Assembly (NCBI GenBank): GCA_013306035.1 | Contig: JABUBF010000006.1 | Location: forward strand, 78,999-91,886 | Reading direction: 5' to 3' | Length of the DNA stretch: 12,888 nt | Source: Nitrososphaerota archaeon | Lineage (GTDB): Archaea; Thermoproteota; Nitrososphaeria; Nitrososphaerales; UBA57 | Part shown: piece by piece, positions 1-7,998 of the stretch | How positions within the stretch are numbered: the first letter of the stretch is position 1 | How the letters are laid out: every line of letters starts with the position of its first letter | The notes under the pieces: model-generated | Seen by the model: only the letters and a program-made list of their open reading frames with translations | What the model was told of the DNA's origin: nothing | The model's database searches: none | Program-made: the position numbers and the translations under genes

Positions 1-2024
1 TTGATTATTACTTGACCATTATTCTTTACTACAATATAGTTTTTCTTTCTTTCTGAAAATACTGCATATCTGTATTTATCTTCTAATTCTAAATCTACTC
101 CTTGATTTTCATGTGACCATTTAATTAAACCATCAATTTCATTCTGATCTATCGATTTGATAAATAGTGAATCAGTATCTCCATATAGTACATCTATGTT
201 TTTTTCTTTTGCCGCTGCAACTGTTTCAGTAATTATGTTTCTTCCAATTGCAGCTGTTGAATCCGCAACAGGTAGGAAAAATAATGGAAATATTGGAGAT
301 CCTAATACTCCATAACTCGCATTCAATATTACTTTTAACGCTTGAGAAACAACTGAATATAGATTCCTTTCATCAGATGATAATCCTGACATTTTTGGTA
401 ATGGTTTGTAATAATTTACTCGTATGTCTCTTAAAGATCCTACCAATAATGATATTATTCCTCTTCTCGTATTACATACCCAGTGTTTACTACCTTTAAT
501 CAAATTTGATTGATGCTCTTTATGTTTACATCTGACAGTTTCGTATGATAGATTATTCACTTTGATTATACTTGGATATAGACTTGCAAAGTCAAGTGCA
601 GAAACTCCGAAATAAACACCTATTTTTGGTTCCAGAACCATTCCTCCTTGATATTGTTTCCCTTCAATCATTGCTTCTGAAGACATTTTCTTTAATTCGT
701 CTTCTTGAATTGCTAGTTCATCTTTTCTGGGGATTAATGCATTAATTTTCCTATGTTCAAAATATATCATGCTTCTAATCCAATTTGAAACTCCAATCCT
801 GGATAAATCATTGATTGGCATCTTTGTTATTCTTGAAAGTACTAATAATAACTTCATTAGTAGATCTCCATCAAAACTTGTTAATTCTAATGTTATTGCC
901 GCATCATTGTGATTATATTTCGCAAGATGATAATATGTCTGCTCTCCGATCTCTCCTTCATACTCAATCTTAGTTTTCCCAATTATTGCAGAACTTACTG
1001 CATTCAAACTATGTTCTGAGTATTTATTTCCAAATGCATAGATCTGTATTGATCTGTTTAGAAATGTTCTATATAGATCTAAATGTATTCCTTGTTTTAA
1101 ATTTGCCTCAATTGTTTTATTAAAATTCTTTCCACGTGAAACTCTTCCTAACCCGGGGATTTGAATAGGTATGTTGTCTTTTTTGATTCCTGATTTTATT
1201 GCTCTGTTATAGATATATTTTAAATCAAAATCGTCTCCATTGTATGTAATAATACATGGATATCCCTCAATAACTCTGAATACACTTTCGATTAGTGATT
1301 TCTCATCATCTACAAAAACAACTTCTATGTTTTTCTCTAATTCATTAATTCCAGTCTCTATCCCTTCTCTTCGAAGAATACATACTTGATTGAACCCATC
1401 ACTAGCTGCAAATCCTACTGATATAATCGGATATCTTGCTTCATCTGCATCTGGAAATCTGTCTGCTTTGTCAGAATGCACTTCAATATCTAATGCCACT
1501 CTCTTTATTTTTGGTAGTGGCTGACTAAGAAGTTCGGCCCATTCGTTAATCTTATTTTTTATATCAATATCTGCATTTTCTATTCCTTTTTGCAACATCT
1601 CATTCGTTTCTTTTGGCGTTGTAAATTTAGTCGGAATAATTTGATTATTTCTGATTTTATAGTATATTCCAGGAATTAGTGATTTATCGTACATGTACGT
1701 TTCATAATATTTTATATCTGCTTCCCAAGCAGGTACTCTATCTCGTATGCTTATGATCTGCAATGGATCGTCCGCAATGATCTTTAGCATATTTTCCTCT
1801 TTATCATTTAATAAGTCAATTTTTGCCGTTTCTTCAACGGCTAGAATCTTATTTTCATTTTTGATTGATTCTAGTAGTTTTTCATCAATGTCTTTTTTAA
1901 TTAAACAATATGGCTTGTGTTCTGTGTTGTCATACCATAACTTTATGGTATCTGTTTTTTCATCGTAAAATTTTAGAAATACCTTTTTTTGTATACCATC
2001 GTAAGAAGCTGATAATAGAACCAT
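1..2024 (-). CDS. polB: Family B (replicative-type) DNA polymerase, N-terminal ~674 codons; the 3' end runs off the left edge of the window
   Basis: My manual minus-strand translation from ATG 2024-2022 met no stop down to position 3, and all motifs below sit in that same frame. It begins MVLLSASYDGIQKKVFLKFYDEKTD. The PolB motifs appear in canonical order: ExoI ALDIEV (DIE = 1482-1490), ExoII ITYNGDDFDL (1224-1244), ExoIII YNHNDAAITLEL, motif A DFASLYPSII (564-593), motif B KVILNASYG (309-335), motif C YGDTDS (168-185), then a KKNY (KKRY-like) motif. It is absent from the supplied ORF track, probably because it has no stop inside the window. An in-frame TGA at 2051-2049 closes the frame upstream. 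Confidence 0.9.
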   Translation of the reverse strand, partial: MVLLSASYDGIQKKVFLKFYDEKTDTIKLWYDNTEHKPYCLIKKDIDEKLLESIKNENKILAVEETAKIDLLNDKEENMLKIIADDPLQIISIRDRVPAWEADIKYYETYMYDKSLIPGIYYKIRNNQIIPTKFTTPKETNEMLQKGIENADIDIKNKINEWAELLSQPLPKIKRVALDIEVHSDKADRFPDADEARYPIISVGFAASDGFNQVCILRREGIETGINELEKNIEVVFVDDEKSLIESVFRVIEGYPCIITYNGDDFDLKYIYNRAIKSGIKKDNIPIQIPGLGRVSRGKNFNKTIEANLKQGIHLDLYRTFLNRSIQIYAFGNKYSEHSLNAVSSAIIGKTKIEYEGEIGEQTYYHLAKYNHNDAAITLELTSFDGDLLMKLLLVLSRITKMPINDLSRIGVSNWIRSMIYFEHRKINALIPRKDELAIQEDELKKMSSEAMIEGKQYQGGMVLEPKIGVYFGVSALDFASLYPSIIKVNNLSYETVRCKHKEHQSNLIKGSKHWVCNTRRGIISLLVGSLRDIRVNYYKPLPKMSGLSSDERNLYSVVSQALKVILNASYGVLGSPIFPLFFLPVADSTAAIGRNIITETVAAAKEKNIDVLYGDTDSLFIKSIDQNEIDGLIKWSHENQGVDLELEDKYRYAVFSERKKNYIVVKNNGQVII

Positions 2025-2058
2025 GCTATCCTTATCGATTTGTTCAGTCATCTGTACT

Positions 2059-2067
2059 TTTATATAT
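2059..2067. promoter_or_regulatory. Candidate shared/bidirectional TATA box (TTTATATAT) between divergent polB and the small membrane-protein gene
   Basis: The palindromic TATATA core is centred near 2063. That is about 39 nt from the polB ATG (2024, minus strand) and about 40 nt from the ATG at 2103 (plus strand). Archaeal TATA-to-TSS spacing of about 25 nt would give short leaders of 13-15 nt in both directions. TATA-like strings are frequent in DNA this AT-rich. Confidence 0.3.
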
Positions 2068-2102
2068 CAAAGCAAACATAAAACAATATCAGTAATTAAT
2101 GG

Positions 2103-2471
2103 ATGTCTATTGTAATGAATAAATCTATCACCATTTTATTTGCGATAATTGGTATTTACTGGATAGTTTCTAGTTTAACTCAGCAAGGTTCTCCGTTATT
2201 ATTTATTCCAGGAATTCTTTCATTGATTGTTGCATGTTCTCAACTTCCAATTACTTCGAAAATAAATCAATATGCGGAAAAATTATTTCTTCCTGTATTG
2301 TTATATAATTTGGTCTTAACTTTTTATCAAGTATATTTCTCTTCTTTTGCTCTATTGAATCGAATTATTGGTATTGAACTTGGTATATTTATCTTAAATC
2401 TGATATTTACTTTATCTCTAATCTATTTACTTTTACAAACACTTCGTCGCGCACGTATAGATATCTCTTAA
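2103..2471 (+). CDS. Hypothetical small integral membrane protein (about 4 hydrophobic segments, basic C-terminal tail)
   Basis: This 122-aa ORF is the only long frame here. It has hydrophobic helices (ITILFAIIGIYWIVSSL, LLFIPGILSLIVACSQL, LFLPVLLYNLVLTFYQVYF, IGIELGIFILNLIFTLSLIYLLL) followed by RRARIDIS. I recognise no family motif. An alternative start lies at ATG 2115. Confidence 0.5.
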   Translation: MSIVMNKSITILFAIIGIYWIVSSLTQQGSPLLFIPGILSLIVACSQLPITSKINQYAEKLFLPVLLYNLVLTFYQVYFSSFALLNRIIGIELGIFILNLIFTLSLIYLLLQTLRRARIDIS

Positions 2472-2498
2472 ATATTCTTTTCACCGTGAAACTATTAT

Positions 2499-3527
2499 AT
2501 GGATATAGAGAATAAGATTGCTTTAGTCAAAAAACCTCCTACTGAAGAATTAATTCAAGAAGACGAACTTAAAACTCTTTTCGAAACTAATCATTCTCCT
2601 AAACACTATATTGGAATTGAACTTTCTGGAAAATTACATTTAGGTAGTCTCCTAATCTCGGGTTTTAAAATTAATGATTTCATTAATGCTGGTATTCAGT
2701 CATCTGTTTATCTCGCAGATTGGCATAGTTTCATTAATGATAAATTTGAAGGTAATTGGGATAAAATTAAACAAGTTACAAATTACTATGAAGAAGCTTT
2801 CAAATTCTTCTGTCCTGGTGTTAATATCGTAAAAAGTAATTCTCTATATCATAATAATGACGAATATTGGATGAATCTTATCAAATTCTCAAAACATATG
2901 ACTTTATCTCGCGCTGTTAGGTGTTTGACCATTATGGGAAGAACTGAAAAAGATCAGTTAAGTTTATCACAATATCTTTATCCTTCGATGCAGGCAGTTG
3001 ACATCAAAGAACTTGATCTAGATATTGTACATGCTGGAACTGATCAGCGTAAAATCCATATGCTTGTTCGTGAGGTATTTCCTAAAATGAAATGGAAAGT
3101 TCCTGTAGCAGTACATCAGCACCTTATCCCTGGTCTGACAAATACAGGAGGTGCTACTGATACAACCTTTACGAAAATGAGTAAATCCAATCCAAAAAAT
3201 TCAATATTCATTCATGATTCTGAAAAAGAGATTACATCTAAAATAAAAATTGCGTGGTGTCCTGAAGGAATTTCTGATAATAATCCAATTCTGGAATATT
3301 GTAAATATCTGGTATTTCGTGATTCTGATTCTTTTACAATTGAACGACCTAGTAAATTTGGCGGTGATATGCTGTTCTCTACTTATGAAGAATTAGAATC
3401 TGAATACAAAAATGGAAAAATCCATCCACTTGATCTAAAATTATCTGTCGGACGAGAACTTAATGATATTATCTCTCCAATTCGTGCATATTTTTCAAAT
3501 AAATCCGAATTATTCTCATCTATTTGA
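2499..3527 (+). CDS. tyrS: Tyrosyl-tRNA synthetase, archaeal type
   Basis: Class I aaRS signatures are present: HIGH-like GKLHLGS (His codon 2637-2639) and KMSKS (3174-3188). By eye it is closely colinear with Methanocaldococcus-type TyrRS: HYIGIELSGK, YPSMQAVDI, GTDQRKIHMLVRE and RPSKFGGDMLFSTYEELESEYKNGKIHPLDLK. The Tyr and Asp positions used for tyrosine recognition in that family appear conserved. Confidence 0.93.
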   Translation: MDIENKIALVKKPPTEELIQEDELKTLFETNHSPKHYIGIELSGKLHLGSLLISGFKINDFINAGIQSSVYLADWHSFINDKFEGNWDKIKQVTNYYEEAFKFFCPGVNIVKSNSLYHNNDEYWMNLIKFSKHMTLSRAVRCLTIMGRTEKDQLSLSQYLYPSMQAVDIKELDLDIVHAGTDQRKIHMLVREVFPKMKWKVPVAVHQHLIPGLTNTGGATDTTFTKMSKSNPKNSIFIHDSEKEITSKIKIAWCPEGISDNNPILEYCKYLVFRDSDSFTIERPSKFGGDMLFSTYEELESEYKNGKIHPLDLKLSVGRELNDIISPIRAYFSNKSELFSSI

Positions 3528-3575
3528 AGAATTCTATAATAGCAAGTTGTTACATTTAACATTAGGGATTGTTCA

Positions 3576-4802
3576 ATGATTGCGTTAATAAATTCTATGA
3601 TGCTCGATTATCCAATATTATCTAACATTCTTCCATTATTCTTACTGGCCATTACCTCGTATTTATCATTCAAAATCACTCGTAAATTTCTTATTCATTT
3701 CATTATACCTCAAATTAATAAATCAAAAACTAAACTGGATGATATATTAGTTAAAAATCATTTATTTTTAAGAATATCTTATTTAATTCCAATTCTTATT
3801 GTAAATAATTTTGCATATATCATTGTCAATAATACTCCAATAGGAATTTTTACTGTTGAACTTGTTATTAACATCTTAATTGTATTAGTATTTTCCCGGA
3901 TAATTGATTCAGTTTTATCATCTATTACAGACGCTTATTCAAAACGATATGAACAAATACCATTAAAAAGTTACATACAAATAGTAAAAATTTTTATTTT
4001 AATATTATCTGGTTTACTAATTATTTCAATTTTATCTGGCGTACCCCCATGGGCATTACTTGGAAGCATTGGTGCAATAAGTGCTGTTTTACTTCTCATT
4101 TTTCGAGATACTATTCTTTCATTACTGGCAAATCTACAAATCACATCGAACAAACTTCTACAGCTTCATGATTGGGTAGAAGCACCTGCATTTGGAGCAG
4201 ATGGAAACGTTATTGAAATCGCTTTGCATACAATTAAAGTTCAAAATTGGGATAAAACAATAACTGTTATTCCTACTCACAAGCTTATTGACTCTTCTTT
4301 TAAAAATTGGAAGGGTATGCAACGAAGTGGCGGAAGAAGGATAAAACGCGCAATAAATATTGATATTACTTCAATAAAATTCTGTGATGAATCAATGTTA
4401 TCTCAATATGAAAAAATTGATTTATTGTCTAGTTATTTAAAAGAAAAAAAGAAATCCTTAATTCAATCAAATAAAAATAAAACATATAGTAGAGATTCAT
4501 CATCTATTCTTAATTCTAGACAATTGACTAATATTGGTACTTTTCGCGCATATATTGTATCGTATTTAAAAAATCATGAGAAAATCAGACAAGATATGAC
4601 CTTTTTAATAAGGCAATTAAATCCATCTGAAAGTGGCCTTCCAATTGAAATTTATGTATTTGCTAATGACAATAATTGGGCTAATTACGAAAATATCCAA
4701 TCTGATATCTTAGATCATCTTGTTGCCGCTACATCTTACTTCGATCTTAGAATATTTCAAAATCCATCTGGCCATGATTTAAACAAACTTGTTAAAAATT
4801 AG
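3576..4802 (+). CDS. Mechanosensitive ion channel, MscS family
   Basis: The N-terminal half is multi-TM. It is followed by the MscS pore-helix/beta-domain signature ...IFRDTILSLLANLQITSNKLLQLHDWVEAPAFGADGNVIEIALHTIKVQNWDKTITVIPTHKLIDSSFKNW... and a C-terminal alpha/beta domain. Confidence 0.85.
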   Translation: MIALINSMMLDYPILSNILPLFLLAITSYLSFKITRKFLIHFIIPQINKSKTKLDDILVKNHLFLRISYLIPILIVNNFAYIIVNNTPIGIFTVELVINILIVLVFSRIIDSVLSSITDAYSKRYEQIPLKSYIQIVKIFILILSGLLIISILSGVPPWALLGSIGAISAVLLLIFRDTILSLLANLQITSNKLLQLHDWVEAPAFGADGNVIEIALHTIKVQNWDKTITVIPTHKLIDSSFKNWKGMQRSGGRRIKRAINIDITSIKFCDESMLSQYEKIDLLSSYLKEKKKSLIQSNKNKTYSRDSSSILNSRQLTNIGTFRAYIVSYLKNHEKIRQDMTFLIRQLNPSESGLPIEIYVFANDNNWANYENIQSDILDHLVAATSYFDLRIFQNPSGHDLNKLVKN

Positions 4803-4812
4803 GTAATTTCTA

Positions 4813-5925
4813 ATGAATCGAAAAATTTCAGTAAATGAACCATTATTTGATAAAAACGAAATTAATATTGTTCAAGAAATTATTCAAAGTGGCCATTTGA
4901 GTAGTTCTAATCTATATGGCGGAAAATATGTAAAAATATTTGAAAAACAAATTGCTCAATTTCTTGACGTTAAATACGCTGTTGCAATTAATTCTGGAAC
5001 TTCTGCATTATATGCTTCTCTTCTATCATTGAATATAAAATCTGGAGATGAAGTTATTATTCCATCATTTAGTTTTACTGCTACTGCTAGTGCTGTTGTA
5101 GCTACAGGTGCAACACCTGTATTTGTTGATATTTCATCATCAAATTATAATATTGACATATCACTGATTAAATCAAATATAACTAAAAAAACTAAGGCGA
5201 TAATTCCCGTTCATTTGTATGGCCATCCTGTTGACGTCGACCTTATCGCCGAAATTACTTCTCCTGATCACATTGCAATAATTGAGGATGGCGCACAATC
5301 TCTTGGCTCATCTATTAACGGAAAGAAATGCGGAACTTTGGGAAATTTAGGTTGCACTAGTCTATATCCTACTAAAGTTATTACTTCTGGAGAAGGCGGT
5401 GTGATTACTACTAACAATGAAACATTGTATGAAGAATTACTTCGAATTCGAAATCATGGTCTTGACGAGTCAGGTCAAACTACTAGATTTGGACTAAATC
5501 TAAGAATGCCTGAGATTGAATCTGCTATTGCATCTATTCAATTGAGTAAACTTGACGATTTCATTCGAATTAGGCGAAGAAATTCTGATATACTTTCCGA
5601 TATTATTGGTAATTTTAATCTTAATCTTCCAGTAGAACTTGAGAATACTTTTCTTAATCGTTATTTATACACCATTTCTCTTGATAAATCTCGTTCTGAA
5701 GTTATGAACTATATGGAAAAACAGGGTATCAATACTGCAGTTTACTATCGTATGCCTATTCATAAAATGCCTTATTATCATAGTATGAATAATAGTTATA
5801 ATTTACCCAACACAGATTTGGCTTCTTCTAAAGTTCTTTCTATCCCTATTCATTCTGGATTGTCTGAAGATGACGTCCAAAATATAGGAAACAAACTTAA
5901 CGATGTTCTAAAAACTATATATTGA
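4813..5925 (+). CDS. DegT/DnrJ/EryC1/StrS-family PLP-dependent (nucleotide-)sugar aminotransferase
   Basis: Family hallmarks are present: GKYVKIFEKQIAQFLDVKYAVAINSGTSALY, IPSFSFTATA, IIEDGAQSLGS, and the PLP-lysine context SLYPTKVITSGEGGVITTN. An SD-like AGGT (4801-4804) lies about 8 nt upstream of the ATG. Confidence 0.88.
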   Translation: MNRKISVNEPLFDKNEINIVQEIIQSGHLSSSNLYGGKYVKIFEKQIAQFLDVKYAVAINSGTSALYASLLSLNIKSGDEVIIPSFSFTATASAVVATGATPVFVDISSSNYNIDISLIKSNITKKTKAIIPVHLYGHPVDVDLIAEITSPDHIAIIEDGAQSLGSSINGKKCGTLGNLGCTSLYPTKVITSGEGGVITTNNETLYEELLRIRNHGLDESGQTTRFGLNLRMPEIESAIASIQLSKLDDFIRIRRRNSDILSDIIGNFNLNLPVELENTFLNRYLYTISLDKSRSEVMNYMEKQGINTAVYYRMPIHKMPYYHSMNNSYNLPNTDLASSKVLSIPIHSGLSEDDVQNIGNKLNDVLKTIY

Positions 5926-5930
5926 TTATT

Positions 5931-6662
5931 ATGAATGTTTCAATCATAATTCCAACCTATAATGAAAAAGAAAACATTGTAATTCTGACTAATAAATTAA
6001 CTGAAATATTCAAGAATTCTGGGCATGATTTAAAAATCATTGTTGTCGATGATAATAGTCCTGATGGAACATCATCGGTAGTAAAAAAACTTGATTTATT
6101 CGAACAAACTATATTTCTAATTACACGACCGGAAAAACTTGGATTGGGTTCCGCTTACCAAGCAGGTTATGATTGGTGCAAAAATAATAATTCTGAATGT
6201 ATTATTCAGATGGATTCTGATCTATCACATCCTCCTGAAATAACTATAAACCTTGTAGATTCTATTGGCGAAGGCTATGATGTGGCTATTGCATCTCGTT
6301 ATGTCGATAAAGGAGGTGTTAGTTCTTGGCCAATTCATCGTAAAATTATTAGTTTTATTGCAAATATGTTGGTCCGTGTATTTCTGGGCTCAAAGTTACA
6401 TGATAACACTACTGGATACCGCGCATTCAACTCTGATACTATTGAACTCTTGATAAAATATGATGTAAAGTCTAACGGATTCTCCTATCTTATCGAATCA
6501 ATATATTTATTCCATAAGAAAAAACTAAAAATCAAGGAAATTCCTTTCATATTCCAAGAGCGCAGTATAGGAAAAACTAAACTCTCATCATTTGAAATTC
6601 TTCGTTTTCTTTTATCAATATTCCATCTTCTGATTTATGGAATAAAAGAAAAACCCAATTAG
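5931..6662 (+). CDS. GT2-family glycosyltransferase, dolichyl/polyprenyl-phosphate mannose (or glucose) synthase-like
   Basis: Motifs: VSIIIPTYNEKENI, VVDDNSPDGT, and the DXD-type QMDSDLSHPP. The overall length is Dpm1-like. The track starts it at TTG 5922, overlapping the upstream stop. I prefer ATG 5931, 5 nt after the DegT stop, so the first codons are uncertain. Confidence 0.85.
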   Translation: MNVSIIIPTYNEKENIVILTNKLTEIFKNSGHDLKIIVVDDNSPDGTSSVVKKLDLFEQTIFLITRPEKLGLGSAYQAGYDWCKNNNSECIIQMDSDLSHPPEITINLVDSIGEGYDVAIASRYVDKGGVSSWPIHRKIISFIANMLVRVFLGSKLHDNTTGYRAFNSDTIELLIKYDVKSNGFSYLIESIYLFHKKKLKIKEIPFIFQERSIGKTKLSSFEILRFLLSIFHLLIYGIKEKPN

Positions 6663-6697
6663 CAAAAAAGTAAATATACTAGCATCTACAAATAACA

Positions 6698-6877
6698 TTG
6701 AATAAATTGGAATCAGATAGTGAGAGTTTCGGCGGGGTAGTTTATGAATGTGTTCGTTGTGCTACGCTTGTTACAAATGAAGATTTAGCAGCTTTACCTG
6801 AAATAAAGTGTATATGCGGATATAGAATATTGAAAAAAAGACGTCCATCCATAGTAAAACAAGTTAAATCAATTTAA
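6698..6877 (+). CDS. rpoP: DNA-directed RNA polymerase subunit P (Rpo12, Rpb12 homologue), small zinc-ribbon protein
   Basis: This 59-codon frame falls just below the 60-aa track cutoff. It reads (M)NKLESDSESFGGVVYECVRCATLVTNEDLAALPEIKCICGYRILKKRRPSIVKQVKSI*. The Y-x-C-x-x-C ... C-G-Y-R-I-L-x-K-x-R core and the basic tail match the RpoP/Rpb12 pattern. The frame opens at 6683 and contains no in-frame ATG. Candidate starts are TTG 6698 or TTG 6707. A TATA-like TAAATATA sits at 6671-6678. Confidence 0.75.
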   Translation: MNKLESDSESFGGVVYECVRCATLVTNEDLAALPEIKCICGYRILKKRRPSIVKQVKSI

Positions 6878-6931
6878 TTCGTCATTCTACTAATATTTGA
6901 CAAATTTTCTGTATCTTTTTAAACTTTAGTT

Positions 6932-7978
6932 ATGATTATTCCAACTATGAAGAGCTCTACTCCGGTCTATATCTCTGGCTATGGCGGATACGTACCAAAA
7001 TTACGACTTCCTACATCTGACATTGCCAAATTATGGAAAGGAAGTGGATCTGGACCTAATAAAACAAAAAGTGTTGCAAATATTGACGAAGATACAACAA
7101 CTATGGCAGTAGAATCTGCAAGGAACGCTTTATCAATGTCTGGTTTATGTGATATTGGCGCAATATTTGTAGGAACTGAATCAAAACCTTATGCTGTTAA
7201 ACCCACTAGTACTATTGTAGCTCAAGCATTAGGAGTTCATAATACTCTTGCAGCTGATTTTGAATTTGCTTGTAAAGCTGGAACTGAAGCAATGCAAGTA
7301 ATAACTGGTTTGGTAGGCTCTGGCATGATTTCGAGTGGTATTGCACTTGGTGTTGATACTGCGCAAGGAAGACCTGGAGACAACCTTGAATATACAGCAA
7401 GTAGTGCTGCGGCAGCTTTTGTATTAACTAATAATAGTAAACGCAGTGTTGCTAAAATCGAAGCAAGTACTTCATATGTAACTGATACTAGTGACTTTTG
7501 GAGAAGACAAACTGAGTCATTTCCTAGACATCTTTCAAGATTTACTGGAGAGCCTGCATACTTCCATCATGTTGAATCGTCGGTTAAACAATTATTATCT
7601 GAAATTAATCTAAAGCCATCAGATTTTAAATACGCTGTATTTCATCAGCCTAATCCAAAGTTTCCTATTCAGGTTGCTAAACGTCTTGGTTTCACTACTG
7701 AACAAATTCAACCAGGTCTTTTGAATCCTATTATCGGCAATCCATATTCTGCTAGTTCTCCTTTGGGACTAGTTTCAACTTTTGATGTAGCAAAACCTGG
7801 CGACAGAATCTTACTTACTTCATTTGGTTCAGGTGCAGGAAGTGATTCATTTTCTCTGTTAGTTGAAGATGGAATATTGGATAAGGGACCTAATTATACC
7901 CCATTGACTGATATAATAAATAATAATAAAGAAATTGATTATGCAACTTATACTAAACTTAGGGGAATTTTAAAATAA
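6932..7978 (+). CDS. Hydroxymethylglutaryl-CoA synthase, archaeal type (mevalonate pathway)
   Basis: It has the archaeal HMGCS N-terminus (VYISGYGGYVPKLRLPTSDIAKLW), then NIDEDTTTMAVESARNAL, GTESKPYAVKPTSTIVAQALG, the catalytic-Cys context DFEFACKAGTEAM, and FHQPN. An alternative start at ATG 6947 fits a leaderless transcript from TTTTTAAA at 6916-6923. Confidence 0.9.
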   Translation: MIIPTMKSSTPVYISGYGGYVPKLRLPTSDIAKLWKGSGSGPNKTKSVANIDEDTTTMAVESARNALSMSGLCDIGAIFVGTESKPYAVKPTSTIVAQALGVHNTLAADFEFACKAGTEAMQVITGLVGSGMISSGIALGVDTAQGRPGDNLEYTASSAAAAFVLTNNSKRSVAKIEASTSYVTDTSDFWRRQTESFPRHLSRFTGEPAYFHHVESSVKQLLSEINLKPSDFKYAVFHQPNPKFPIQVAKRLGFTTEQIQPGLLNPIIGNPYSASSPLGLVSTFDVAKPGDRILLTSFGSGAGSDSFSLLVEDGILDKGPNYTPLTDIINNNKEIDYATYTKLRGILK

Positions 7979-7998
7979 TCAAATATAGGTGAAATATT

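Noticed and set aside
2032-2052. ATG at 2052 (minus strand) as the polB start codon.
   Set aside because: It is out of frame with the polymerase motifs and runs into TAA after six codons. The polymerase frame is closed upstream by TGA 2051-2049, so ATG 2024 is the first usable start.
248-2095. Plus-strand track ORFs 248-499, 1747-1968 and 1910-2095.
   Set aside because: All three lie antisense to the motif-rich polB reading frame. They have low-complexity Leu/Ile/Phe/Ser-rich translations and no recognisable motifs. Such ORFs are typical antisense artefacts of AT-rich coding DNA.
2631-2648. TyrRS HIGH motif reading H-L-G-S instead of H-x-G-H, as a possible sign of a degenerate synthetase.
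   Set aside because: The last HIGH position is variable among bona fide TyrRS enzymes. KMSKS and the tyrosine-recognition positions are intact, and the rest of the protein is colinear with active archaeal TyrRS.
3971-7400. Track ORFs 3971-4153 (-), 6265-6453 (+) and 7212-7400 (-).
   Set aside because: Each lies entirely inside a confidently identified gene (MscS, GT2 and HMGCS respectively), either on the opposite strand or in another frame. None has motif support.
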